Positions 32,401 through 43,944 of a stretch of DNA of 64,000 bases are shown here, one piece after another; the first letter of the stretch is position 1, and every line of letters starts with the position of its first letter. Source of the stretch: Schizochytrium sp. TIO01 (taxonomy: Eukaryota > Protista > Bigyra: Labyrinthulomycetes); assembly GCA_004764695.1 (NCBI GenBank), contig SMSO01000004.1, forward strand, positions 806,001-870,000, given 5' to 3'. Made by a program: the position numbers and the translations under genes. The notes below the pieces were generated by a model that worked only from the letters and a program-made list of their open reading frames with translations, searched no databases and was not told the origin of the DNA.

Positions 32401-34859
32401 TTCTGTATTGGTAGCTGAGGTTAGTTCGAGCGTAGTTTGAAAAGGCGATGGAACATGAAAATGGAAAACCCTTCGAATTCTGCAAAGAAATCGACGACGG
32501 CCATCGACAGCTCCAGGCCAAGCTTGGAGCGTATATCGTGCTTCCTCGAACCATTTTTTTCAATCTGGCACTGGTATGATCGCGAGAAAAATGCCTCCTA
32601 TTGCGATGGGGCGGGTTTCAGGGTGCCCGTCGTTTGGTGAGTCGAGAGTGGTTTTGGTTGGTTTCTTGAATTATGGACCGAGCAATGGAAAATAATCATC
32701 AAATGTTGAAAATACTAAATATAGGCCCAGGTTCACATATAAATATGTATATATCCATATCATCGTAAAAAAAAAATATGTGTTTTGTTTTGTTCGTTGG
32801 GGCGGCCACTAAAACAGGCCACTTTGGGTGGGCCATGGGCCACGACCGTGGGCCACGACAAACGGGACGCGACCAGTGGTGCAGAAGTTGCTTTGAGGTA
32901 ATATGAAAAGAGAAGAGAAGTCCAGGGACGACACATCCTGACTTAGAAGATAGGTTTCGCACCGTTTCCGCCAGCTTCTTCAAGAGGCAGCTCAACTTGG
33001 AAAAATGCCAAATAAACTTCTCCTTCCGCAACTTTTCAAAGTTAGTTTTTAGAGAGAATGCTCCGTGAAAACTTATCAGAAAAAAAAAGAAAAAAAAGAA
33101 AAAAAGAAAAAGATTGCTCACATTTTAGAGCCTCTATAAAACATACTTTCTTTTTAATTTAAATATATATAAATATATATATAATATAATATGAAAATAA
33201 AAAGAAGTCCTAGTTATGCGAGAGAAAGCTAATATTGTTTTAAAATTAACATTACCTTTTAAGATGCTCTGACTCCGGGTCCGTTTTTTATTTAAAATAA
33301 AGTGAAGAACTTGCCGTGGCAAATCCATCGTTAAGAGAATTAACATTTGAGATAAATTCGTGCATGCGAGGCAACCTTGATCCTCAGCATTGGTTGTATG
33401 TGAAGGTGCCGCAATTTTTTTGGGATCAAAATACGATCAGCTTGTACAATCTTTACGGCAATCCTTATGAATATTTGCGTTTTGAACTCGCCTGCGGAAC
33501 TTGGCACGTTCCCCAAATCCATGCCATTCAAACTGCGCCTCGACGGTTGATTTTCGCTTAAGGTTTGACAGCAAGTTGCCCAATCTATTCGGACCATCCA
33601 GGCTTTGCAATATCTTGGGACCTTTGCTTTTTCAAATCAACATAAGTAAAAATCAACATATCAATATCACATTTATCAAGGTTGTTCGCAACAAAATGCC
33701 CCGGCAAACTTCTTCGAAAGACAAAAATATGATCGGTGAATCCAAAGATTTAGTTCATAAGAATATTAGGAGTCGTCGCTCAAAGGAGTTGCTGCACTCA
33801 ATAAAACCAATGCAATGATCTTGATCTTTGAACACAGCTGTGAGCATCCATAAATTACATCCATACCTTAGGGGTCTTCTTGCCTTTTAACGCCATAGGC
33901 AAATTTAAGCATTCTTAAGGCGTATGGTATACACTGAAAGAGACAATCTTGGAGGAGGTGTTACTTCCTATCTGCCGTCATCAATTCCAACTTTAGCAAG
34001 ACTTTGGAGTTCTTTTATCACTTTGCTAGAAATCCGGGAGTAGCGTTGTGCACCCAAAAGTTAACAATAATTTATACACCGCAAGTAGGTTTTAGTACAA
34101 CTCTTAGGGCGCTCCCCGAATGGAGCCTCGTCATCACCGCATGGCGAGCCTCCTCATGTCCGCTGAGCCCGCGAGATCTCAGTTCCATGCACCTGGCCAA
34201 TTGGCGGATTCTCAGAAGGCCCAAAGTACTGGCACGAACCTCTTTCGCTATAATCAGGGCAAGCGAGCGGGCGGGCGTCTCCGCGAGGTGATAGAAGATG
34301 AAGAGAGATGACATTCATTCACCAAGCGCCGCTAAAAGGTGATTCGCTAGAATTGCGGGGAGTAGATCTAGCCGAGTTTAAAGAACGGAAGCCTGTATCT
34401 ATTGTGCATGGGGATCGACTGGAGCACCTTTTCGAAAGCTGCCCTGAGCGTGTAGTTTATTCAATTGATCATCGTAATTCATCACTCGAGAATTCGCAGT
34501 GTGTCTTTGTCTTCCACCACAGATGGTCCTACCGTGACATAACAGATTTCTACTGCTACGCGCATTACCAGTCTGATAGACGCGCCTAGTACCACGCGGG
34601 TCAATCTCTCGACGAACTTCGATGAAAGCAAAATCGTTCGAATCAAAGAATCGAAAAACCTCTGCTCTGCGCACCGCGTCGTAATGTGAATTGCCCAAGC
34701 GGTCGATGCAATTTGAAGAAAGCTCGCCCCGAATGCGGCTTGGCTTGGCCCTCGACTCGCAGGCCCGAGTGCACAAATGGACACGGATCGTGACTTTGAT
34801 CACAGTCTCCATTGCCTTCAACCGCGAGCGCGTGAGAGAACGACGGTGGAACGGCGAGG

Positions 34860-34910
34860 GACTGACTGACTGACTGACTGATAACTGACTGACTGATGAC
34901 TGACTGACTA
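34860..34910. repeat. (GACT)n microsatellite
   Basis: gactgactgactgact... with interruptions. Confidence 0.85.
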
Positions 34911-36640
34911 TGATGATGGTGATGCCGCCGAGGTCAGCGATGTCTCGCAACCCCAACCTCCCAAACTGAGCAGGCCGACTGTCTGAATGACTGACTGCCA
35001 GCTACTGAGGGGAGGGCGCCATGGCTGGAAAGGCACCTTTGGGCGGCATTACGATGAGGTCCGCCATCCAAGAATTATTCAATCGCCGCCGGAAGCTTTT
35101 TCCTATCTTACGAAAGCATGGCATGACATACATCGATACATACACAGAGAGACACATATGAAGGTACATCGCACTACATTTGGACAGAGAGACATCATCG
35201 GTAACTACCTCCAGAGACACACAGATTCCATCAAAAACGTTGCGCAGGCTCTGCTATTGCCTGCCTGCCTTTTACAAGTGCTGCCTGCTGGCGCCTGGAG
35301 CTGCAGGCACTGCGCTCGCTGGAGGCGGTGGCTGGAGGCTTGACAGACATCATATGCGTATGCACGTCTCAAGCGAGTCGCCTGTGCCGTTGTACCTTGT
35401 GGTTGTGCACGAGACACCGCCGCGGCGTACGTGGCGATAATGCCTTCTTCTTCTTGCCATTGTTGCCTTGGACTGGATGCGCGAATCACTGGTCCTGGGC
35501 CAAAGTAGCACATCTGCGTCCTGCGCCAGCCAGCCGGCAGCTTGCTTCTCGAGACAGCGAAAGCCGCGGTCGCGCAGGAACTGGCAGCGGTCTGCTTGGA
35601 TGCGCGAGCTGCGCGGCCTCGTCGTGGTCGTCGTGGTCGTCGTCGTGGTCGTTTCCAGGAATCCATCCGCTCCCATCTCAACGCATCAATCGCAGCTCCT
35701 TCATGCTCCTCCTTCTCCTATTCGTCGCACCTGTACGTCCAAAACGAGCCTCGCATGACCACTGCGAGCATGCATGCATGCATGCGTGCGTGTGTGCGCT
35801 TCTGCCCTCGCTCAGGAAGGAGCGGACGGCGGTCTGCCTCTAGGCTGTTTGTTTCATCGCGGCGCGGAGCCATGACAGCGAGCTCGACCTCATGACATTG
35901 AAGCCCTCCTCATGTCGCGAACTGATGAATTCCTCTGCGCATCTGAGAACCAAGAACCAAGAACTGAGAACCGACTCGCGGTGCTTCCCATTGTCGCCTG
36001 AGGCGATTCCGTCAGCCACGATGGTGGAGGCTCTTATCGCGAGCCGAGGACAACGACGACGAGGAGGCGTTTCCGCGGGTGCTCCAGGCCACGGCTTGGC
36101 ATTCGCTCGCTCGGTCGCCCGCTCTGACCGGCGAGGCGAACGAAACCAGGTCTGGTCTGCAGCGTCGGCGAGGATCTCCAAGTCCAGAATGGGGCACCTC
36201 AGTCAGCCGCAGCGAGAAGCTGACGTCAGACTGGCCGGTAGCTAGCCTCTCGAGCGAGCTCGTGTACTCTTACGAGGCAGTCGAGAGAACTACAGCACTT
36301 CTCCACCTTCTTCGGGTTCAACTTCCGTGCGATCTTGAAGTCTTGCGATCCTGAATCAACTCCTGCAACCTTGAATTCTTGCCTTGCGCGTCTTGATTTT
36401 TTCTGTGGAATTCTAGCGATTGAGAATTCCAGAGACCACAGAACCCAGCGAGATCAGCTCGTCTGGCGATTCAGGGGTGGCGTTTCCATGCGAGCAAAGC
36501 TCGTTCCTCGCTGATGGCCGGCGTCTGCGAGCTCTGGCAGATGAAGAAGGCCTTGTTCGCTCACGTTGCTGTGCTCGCTCGCTCTCGGTAGGAGATCCAC
36601 GCGAGGGTCAGCGACTCCTGCGACGCTCAGCCTGCCTGCA

Positions 36641-36685
36641 ATGAATGAATGAATGAATAAATGAATGAATGAATAAATAAATAAT
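36641..36685. repeat. (GAAT/AAAT)n microsatellite
   Basis: atgaatgaatgaatgaataaatgaatgaatgaataaataaataa. Confidence 0.85.
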
Positions 36686-37884
36686 TTAATGAATGATAGG
36701 AGAAACTAACAAACTACGCTCGCTGCGGAAGCGCTCAACCCCAAAGTTTCCATGGTTTCCAATCTCACGCACGACCTTCTTCAGGGAGTTGAGCTCGAGC
36801 TTGAGACGAAGACCGTGAATGGAGAGGGGTGGCCTGCCTATATGTCGAGCGAGTGGATTTGAAGCGATTGAATTCATTCCGAAGGCAGAGCTCGTTGATC
36901 TATCTGCGTCTAGAGCTGCGATTTTATTTCATGGTAGGTTGATTGATCATCGATGATGTTCACACATCTTCCTCCTTCCACTGGCGAAAGAAGAAGAAGA
37001 AGAAGAAGAAATGAATTGTTCTTCCTTGCGGTGCTGGTGTTCAGTTTGTTAGATGGGTATTTTTTCCCCCCATGTTTTTTCATTTCAAATCCATCACTTT
37101 AAAAATAAATATTCTATCTGATACCATACCTCTTGTTAAAGTAGGTAGAATTCCTATTTTTCTTTTTACCTTTATTTTATATCTAACATTTAAAATTAGA
37201 AAACAAATCCTATCTATAACTTGAGAAGTGAGCCCTTTCTATTTAAATACTCTGGGAGGCTTACTTAGTCCTTACCTGGTGCCTCCTTACTGCCATGCAG
37301 TGTGCTTCTTCTAACTCTCGACGATCTTCGAGTTCGCTCGAGGAAACTCGAAGAAAAACACCATGTTTTACTGTCTTTCTTCGAGGATTGAGGTATGCCA
37401 ATTTTGCTCCACACCGTGTCCCTTATTTAAAGTTTTGAACTACCAATAGTATAATACAATTAGTAGGTATGAGTTGAAAGAATATCATTTATAAAGACAA
37501 GAGGAGGGTTATTTTATCCAATTATGTATACGAATAATACTTCATAAATAAAAAAACATTCGTTTAAATTTATTTATTCTCAATGCTGATTGCTGATTGA
37601 CATAAATGGCGGATTATAATACATCGACATTATGGAAGCAAGGGAAATAGAGGCAGAAAGCCAGGATGATCATAGGTAGAAGATGAAGACCATAGCTCGA
37701 AGAAGTTTGTTCTTCGTACTTTGATTACCTAGAGTTTTGGGTTTGTGCTGATGTTTTAATTTTTAATTTTTAATTTTTTTTAATAAATGTTTTTACATTT
37801 AACTTTTGTTTAAATGAATAAACAAATGTGTTGCTGCTTCCTACTAGCGCCTCTGTTGAATTGTTCATCAGCAGCGACATTTCA

Positions 37885-37945
37885 TTGACGATGATGTTGA
37901 TTGCGATGGTGATGATGATGGTGATGATGATGATGATAATAAGTA
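37885..37945. repeat. (GAT)n degenerate trinucleotide repeat
   Basis: gatggtgatgatgatggtgatgatgatgatgataataa. Confidence 0.75.
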
Positions 37946-38398
37946 TAATGATACTGTTAATAGTAAGTAGTATTGTGATGAAATGATGATGAGAGACTCA
38001 CCAACACTTTTTGGAGCAAAGTGCCAGGAACAACATCATCAATGCCTTAGCTCCTCTCAGTCTCTCAAAGTCTCACTCACTTACTCACTCGCTCACCGAT
38101 ATGTATGTCGAGGTATTCTCCCTTGGTTCAGAATCGAAGTTTTCATGTGTTTCGGAAGACATTTTTAGTAGCACAGTGCGGGCTGAGATTAGGTGGTAGT
38201 AGTGTTACTTAAGAGCTTGATAGGTCTCATGTATTAGATAGAAATGGAGGCGTCAGATCTTTGCAAACTCAAATCGATTCTTGCTACAGCAAAACCTTAA
38301 CGTTTAAGAGGCCAAGTCCTTGGCACCAAGCTTTGGCAAAGTGCTCTCAGCAGTGAAACCCATTAATCACAGGCAGCAATAGCCAAGAGTCCGTCACG

Positions 38399-39931
38399 AT
38401 GTCGCTCATGCAGAGGATGACTCTAGCTAGCGATGCCAAGAACTGGGCGCAGAAGAGCTTCGGAGCTGTGAGACAGTTCTTTGGCAGCGAAAGCAGCCTT
38501 CAGAGCCTGCCGCCCCAGAGGCGTTGGATGAGTGATCTTGTTCAGGACTCCAAGTACAGGAAACCTGTGCGTCTGATTAGCTCCAGATCCCTCAAGAATG
38601 TCAAGCCGCGTATTCTCGTCATTGGTAGTGGCTGGGGTGGCTACTCGTTTCTGTCCTACATTGACAGGAAAAAGTACGATGTTCAAGTCATTAGTCCCTC
38701 AAACCACTTTCTCTTTACGCCACTCCTTCCCAGCTCCGTGGTCGGAACCCTTGAGTTCCGCGCCATTCAAGAGCCTGTTCGTACTGTGCGTAACCTCGGC
38801 GCCTATTACCAAGCCAAGGCCACCTCGGTGGACTTTGAGCGCCGTTTTGTTGAGTGCAAGGGTCTCTTCTCTGGCGACGACTTTCGCGTTGAATATGACT
38901 TTCTCGTCCTTGCCTGTGGAGCTAAGACCAACACTTTCAAGACTCCTGGTATCGCTGAGCGCGAGGGCAAGGAGGTCTTCTTCCTCAAGCACCTGTACCA
39001 CGCCCGCCAGATTCGCAACCGCATTCTCGAATGTTTTGAACGAGCTGGTTTGCATCTCACGGACGATGCCGAGCGTAACCGCCTTTTGACCTTCGTTGTT
39101 GTTGGCGGAGGCCCCACCTCGTGCGAACTTGTTGGCGAGCTTCGTGACTTCATCACCAACGATGTTGCCAAATGGTACCCTGACCTTATGCCGTACATCT
39201 CCATCCACCTCATCGAAGCTCAAAGTCGCCTCCTTGGCTCCTTTGACCCGTCTGTCTCCAAGCTCGTCGAGAGCCGCTTCCGCAACCGCAACATCAATAT
39301 CCACCTTGGTGCAGCCGTAACTAGCTTCGACCATGAAACAAACATCACCACTCTCTCTGACGGAACCACCATTCCCACTGGTGTACTCGTCTGGAGTGGC
39401 GGTCTTGAGCAGACCAAGTTCGTACAGGAGGGCCTTGAAGGTATTAGCAAGGGTCCCGGTAAGCGTATTATTATTGATGACCACCTTCGTGTTCCGGATC
39501 CGGAGAACAAGTTTGACAATCGTCTTTTTGCTTTTGGAGACTGTGCCGTTAACAAGGAGGTCCCTCTCGCCCCTCTGGCTCAAGTCGCTGCCCAGCAAGC
39601 CAAGTACCTCGCCAAAGCTTTCAACTCTGCTCCTGCTGGCGTCGGAATTACCGAGTCTCCTGACAAGGTATTCAAGCCCAATTCTGACCCGTTCGCCTTC
39701 TTCTCCCTTGGTAGCATGTTGACTTTTGGTACATTCCAAGGTGCCGTTGATTTTACTCAGGTCGGCAAGAAGAACCAGCCTTCCAACCTCGGAATTCTTA
39801 CGGGTGTGCTCTCCTGGGCTATGTGGCGTTCCGCATACCTGCTTCGCCAGAACTCCTGGACCAACCGTATCCTGATTCCTATGTACTGGTTCAAGTCTTT
39901 TGTCCTTGGCCGCGACATTTCTCGTTTCTAA
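38399..39931 (+). CDS. Type II (alternative, rotenone-insensitive) mitochondrial NADH:quinone oxidoreductase
   Basis: GSGWGG FAD motif, NHFLFTPLLPS, VVGGGPT second dinucleotide fold ending in LIEA (acidic residue, NADH-type), FAFGDCA, AQVAAQQ, WRSAYL, GRDISRF. N-terminal presequence; no EF-hand insertion. Confidence 0.95.
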   Translation: MSLMQRMTLASDAKNWAQKSFGAVRQFFGSESSLQSLPPQRRWMSDLVQDSKYRKPVRLISSRSLKNVKPRILVIGSGWGGYSFLSYIDRKKYDVQVISPSNHFLFTPLLPSSVVGTLEFRAIQEPVRTVRNLGAYYQAKATSVDFERRFVECKGLFSGDDFRVEYDFLVLACGAKTNTFKTPGIAEREGKEVFFLKHLYHARQIRNRILECFERAGLHLTDDAERNRLLTFVVVGGGPTSCELVGELRDFITNDVAKWYPDLMPYISIHLIEAQSRLLGSFDPSVSKLVESRFRNRNINIHLGAAVTSFDHETNITTLSDGTTIPTGVLVWSGGLEQTKFVQEGLEGISKGPGKRIIIDDHLRVPDPENKFDNRLFAFGDCAVNKEVPLAPLAQVAAQQAKYLAKAFNSAPAGVGITESPDKVFKPNSDPFAFFSLGSMLTFGTFQGAVDFTQVGKKNQPSNLGILTGVLSWAMWRSAYLLRQNSWTNRILIPMYWFKSFVLGRDISRF

Positions 39932-41763
39932 TCACTTTTGGACTTTCCCACAGCAACACATCGCAAGAATAAGCACACCGCCACTACTTCCTCTCGTGCT
40001 TCATCGGCACATTGTTAAGATTATCAGCGCTGCAATTCGTACTGGACAAGGCTTTAATCCTACTATGTATCATGGAAACTGAGGTCTTTCAAGTGCTGTT
40101 ATATTACGCATTGCGAGCTGTGGTCCTTCCGAAGGCATTGTTAATATCGAGAGCGAGGGAGACCTCTGTCGTGACGTGCACCAGAAGCAAGACGTGACCT
40201 GCACTCTTTTAGAATTGTTCGGAAATGCTTGCAGTCCAGACCCGACGTACCATTGAACCTTGAATATCGCCCGATCTCCTCTGCTTTAACACCAAATTTT
40301 AACGAACTCACGGCATACACAAAACATCCAAACAAACATTGCCTGACATTTCATACTCAAATGTAGATCTGCGCTAGACAAGAATGACTTCTCTAGCACA
40401 CTGATTTTTTTACTACTACGTCTATTTCTACTACCCTAGTAATCTCAATTCATGCACAAAATTTTCGTCTGTCATACTTCATCTGTTTAATTGTCTACTA
40501 AAGTGCTAAGGTGGTACCTAGGTTTATTTTGACATGCTGACGTCCAAGAAGGCTCTGAAGGTCTTCAATGACCTCCACATTTTTCCGAGCGCATTGAAGC
40601 GCGACGACATTTATAATTTAGATCTTAAATTTCTTATTTCATTTCATTTGGAAATTTTAAGAAACAAAGCAAACCCTCCATCCTTATCTATTTGGCATTC
40701 ATTTTCTCCATGTAGACAATGATGCCTCACATCAAATTCACTACGCATCTGTCTGGAAGGGTAGAACATGCAAGACAGCATCTCTCCATACTTTCGCTTT
40801 ACATCTGCAGAATACTGAGTCATGAAACTCACAACTCACAAAGAGATCTCCTGGATAGGTTTTTGTCTATTGCATTGGTCACCCAGTAGCTCGTTTTCCT
40901 CACTCTCTCAAATCTAGGACGCGGCCTAAACGAAGATATATTTTTAAGTACTACGTTCAGAAACCTCAGCAGAGATTCCTAGACCTTGATTGATCTGCTT
41001 TTTCTTGGCCCTCATACAAGCATGTCTGCATGTCCAGCTTGCGATCTCCTCGCACAACCATTTCTTCTTTAGCCTAAAGGCATTCTGTGTTTCAACCTTC
41101 ACGGATTCGTGCTCTGATAGATCATTTACAAATTGCCCTCCTTCGTGGCACACAAATCGAAAAATCGAATTCACATAGTCAAGGCTTCGTTTAGATCCTC
41201 CTACCCTTTACACTAACCCTGCACTAGCACCGTGCTTCGGACAAAATTAACCCTAAGAGACGGAGGAAAGGAAGGTATTGAGAAAAGAGGAGTTAGAGAT
41301 GGCTAGGAGACCCTATGTACTTATAGCACTTCCTAAGTTATTTCGAATAAATTTTAGTAATGAATTAAAAAGCCTTCTCCCTCTTTTCTGTAAGAGCCAA
41401 AAAGCTCTTTCTTTTCTGATAGAGCAGCAAAGCTTAAACGAGGTAGGCGTCCGCGTGCTGGCGGAGCACGAGGCGGAGCACGAGCCACTGCGAGGAAAGG
41501 CCGACTGTCTGTCTTGCCTGACGCGAGGGTAAGAACCCACCGGCAAGGGAGGAGGAACAGATCGACGCGGGCTTCATCGATTCCGTTTCCGTCTTCGAAG
41601 CGCTTTTTCGTGAGGCTGATCCTTGTTCATCATCGTCTCATCGTCTATTCTACAAAATTCAAGTATTGAGGAGAGAATTGTCAACAGGATACACGCAGTG
41701 TAGGGTCTCTGGGGCTGAGGAAGTGGGATAGGCAAGCGGTTCGAGCATTTTTGTCTGGTAAAA

Positions 41764-43686
41764 ATGGTGCGGCTGGTGCTTGTCTTGCTGGCTGTGGCAG
41801 CTCTTGGGGTAAGGGACATTGCCGCCGAGGGTGAGACAAAGGCCTACTGGGATGTCCCTGAAGTAGACCTTGCGGCAATTATCGAAGGTCGTGAGTCAGC
41901 GATTCCAGATATACGCCGTGCACTCGCTAAAGACGGTATTCTAGCCATCACAAATATTCCCGCAGTGACAAAGCTCCGAAAAGAGACCTTTCATGCTGCT
42001 GCTGAGTGTTTACCAGAACTTTCTGATGCTCCTCGAGCAGAGTTTGCTGACGGGGTACGCCGTGTCAGTGTGGGTGCTCGTACAGTATATCATGCGCTGC
42101 AGGATTGGCAGGATGAGAGCCTCCAGCAGTCTAGCAACCCAGCTTGCAAATCTTTCCGTAACCTTAGCCAGAAGCTCCGCCGTGCTGTTTTGTCTACTCA
42201 GCAGCTTTTCGTCTCGCGTCTAGACAAGATCTGCGACCTCGATACCGATGCGTCTGCTCCATTAATTTCTTTGCAGAACTCTCTAGAAAATGGAACTGAG
42301 GCTGCACAGCTCTCAAACCTGCAAAGTGTTGTTGATAACGGTAGCCAGCTTGAACATGTCCACATTTATCAGGGTGCTTCAAAATCCGTCGACTCAGATG
42401 ACTCCTCTTTGGACCTCCATCTGGATGCAGGTCTTTTCATTATGTTCATCCCTGCCTTGCATACTGAAGCTGGAAGCACCCCTCGTGAAACAGATTTCAC
42501 ACTGGAGCTAGCGAATGGTGAGCACGTAACACCCGTTTTCCCTGATGATGGTAATGCTATCGTGATCATGATTGGGGCCGCGTTTGAGCGCCTTCTCAAC
42601 CCGCGTGCGCGCATCCCGTTGCGTGCCGCGCCTCACGAACTTCGAGTCTCTCAAAATGCTACTCGGGTTTGGTACGGCAAAATGTTTCTTCCTTCAGAAG
42701 ATGCACACTATACCGCAGAGAACCAAAGCTTTAAGCAAATCCATGCAGCCCAAGTGGAGGCCTTTCGTAGCGAACTGGCATCCTCGCCTGCATATGTGAA
42801 AGCTACGACTGCCTCAATGGGTTGTACTGATGTTTTCGCCATGGTAACTGAACAATCTAAGCAGTGTGGCAAAAACGAGCTGTTTTGCTGGATGAAATGC
42901 ATGCAAAAGCCTGCCAAGCAATGCTCCAAAAACGAGGCAATGGTATGCGCCAAACCGAACGGAAACCCATGGGAACCGAAGACCCACTGCACTGACTGCC
43001 TTCCCCGTTGTGTTGCACAAGCACCGGAAGTCGTGGGCAATGACTTTTGCAATGGTTATGGCACTGTTATGTACATGGAACGTTTGGTTGGCTGGGCTGA
43101 CCCAGATGAAGCTTGTCTCGTTCTCTTTTTTGATGCACTGAAGTTGGATACGCGCACCAAATATGTATCAGCGCTTGTCGCCGTATTCTTCTTTGGTGTA
43201 TTGACCGACTACTTAAGCAGTCTCCGCCGCAAGCTCGAAACGCATGCGCGTGAACAAAAGGGGAAGAAGACACGATTTATGATCATCCGGGGGCTCATGC
43301 ATTTTGTACAACTTTCTTTTGCTTATATTGCCATGCTTTTCGCAATGACATATTCTATTCTAATCATGGTATCAATTGTCGCTGGGTTGGCTACGGGACA
43401 TGTTTTGTTTAACATGAAACACCATGTCAGTGAACATGTTGAACCCTGCTGTGCAATTACATGTGACGATTCAGCATCTTCTACCTCGTATGACGATACT
43501 TTCGAAGACTGTATGTATTCCTCGACGAATGAAGAGCCACTGTTATCCCATACCCAGCACTCGTCCCCAGCTGCTGGTGGAAGCTATGATGCTACCTTGC
43601 CTTCTAGAGAGCTGTCTGTGCCGGTCCAGCAACCCCAGGCGCAACCTGAGCACCACTGTTGCGGAAATAGTCCTCACAATATATAA
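41764..43686 (+). CDS. Signal peptide + 2OG-Fe(II) oxygenase-like domain + Cys-rich region + Ctr copper transporter
   Basis: Signal peptide MVRLVLVLLAVAALG; oxygenase-like motifs HLD..H..R (LHLDAG, APHEL, TRVWY); Cys cluster; three TM helices with Ctr motifs MxxxM (MLFAM) and GxxxG (GLATG). Confidence 0.75.
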   Translation: MVRLVLVLLAVAALGVRDIAAEGETKAYWDVPEVDLAAIIEGRESAIPDIRRALAKDGILAITNIPAVTKLRKETFHAAAECLPELSDAPRAEFADGVRRVSVGARTVYHALQDWQDESLQQSSNPACKSFRNLSQKLRRAVLSTQQLFVSRLDKICDLDTDASAPLISLQNSLENGTEAAQLSNLQSVVDNGSQLEHVHIYQGASKSVDSDDSSLDLHLDAGLFIMFIPALHTEAGSTPRETDFTLELANGEHVTPVFPDDGNAIVIMIGAAFERLLNPRARIPLRAAPHELRVSQNATRVWYGKMFLPSEDAHYTAENQSFKQIHAAQVEAFRSELASSPAYVKATTASMGCTDVFAMVTEQSKQCGKNELFCWMKCMQKPAKQCSKNEAMVCAKPNGNPWEPKTHCTDCLPRCVAQAPEVVGNDFCNGYGTVMYMERLVGWADPDEACLVLFFDALKLDTRTKYVSALVAVFFFGVLTDYLSSLRRKLETHAREQKGKKTRFMIIRGLMHFVQLSFAYIAMLFAMTYSILIMVSIVAGLATGHVLFNMKHHVSEHVEPCCAITCDDSASSTSYDDTFEDCMYSSTNEEPLLSHTQHSSPAAGGSYDATLPSRELSVPVQQPQAQPEHHCCGNSPHNI

Positions 43687-43944
43687 AGGAGAGCACCGGA
43701 GTAGCTCTCTCTTCTAATAACATCTTGCTCACTTGCTCGAGTATTTTAGCCGGCCGCTGCCCGTCATGCAGATGAGCTCTCCACTCTACATTTCCACTTG
43801 AAGCCATGCACTTCAACTGTCCTGGTACTTTAAAAAAGGTACCAGCTAACTCACCACGCGCACTTTCCTTCTACATTTTCCCTAATTTTAATCAAATTAT
43901 TTCTGGAACGTAATCTTTTACAACACCTTTTCGCAAGAGAAAAA

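Noticed and set aside
32820-32880. Short direct repeats GGGCCACGAC as a possible transposon end
   Set aside because: No matching terminal inverted repeat, target-site duplication or transposase found.
34670-34710. GNSHYDAV on the minus strand, resembling an OTU protease His motif
   Set aside because: Single short motif with no upstream Cys box; chance match is likely.
38699-39739. 346-aa antisense ORF
   Set aside because: Shadow of the codon-biased NDH-2 gene; no recognisable motifs.
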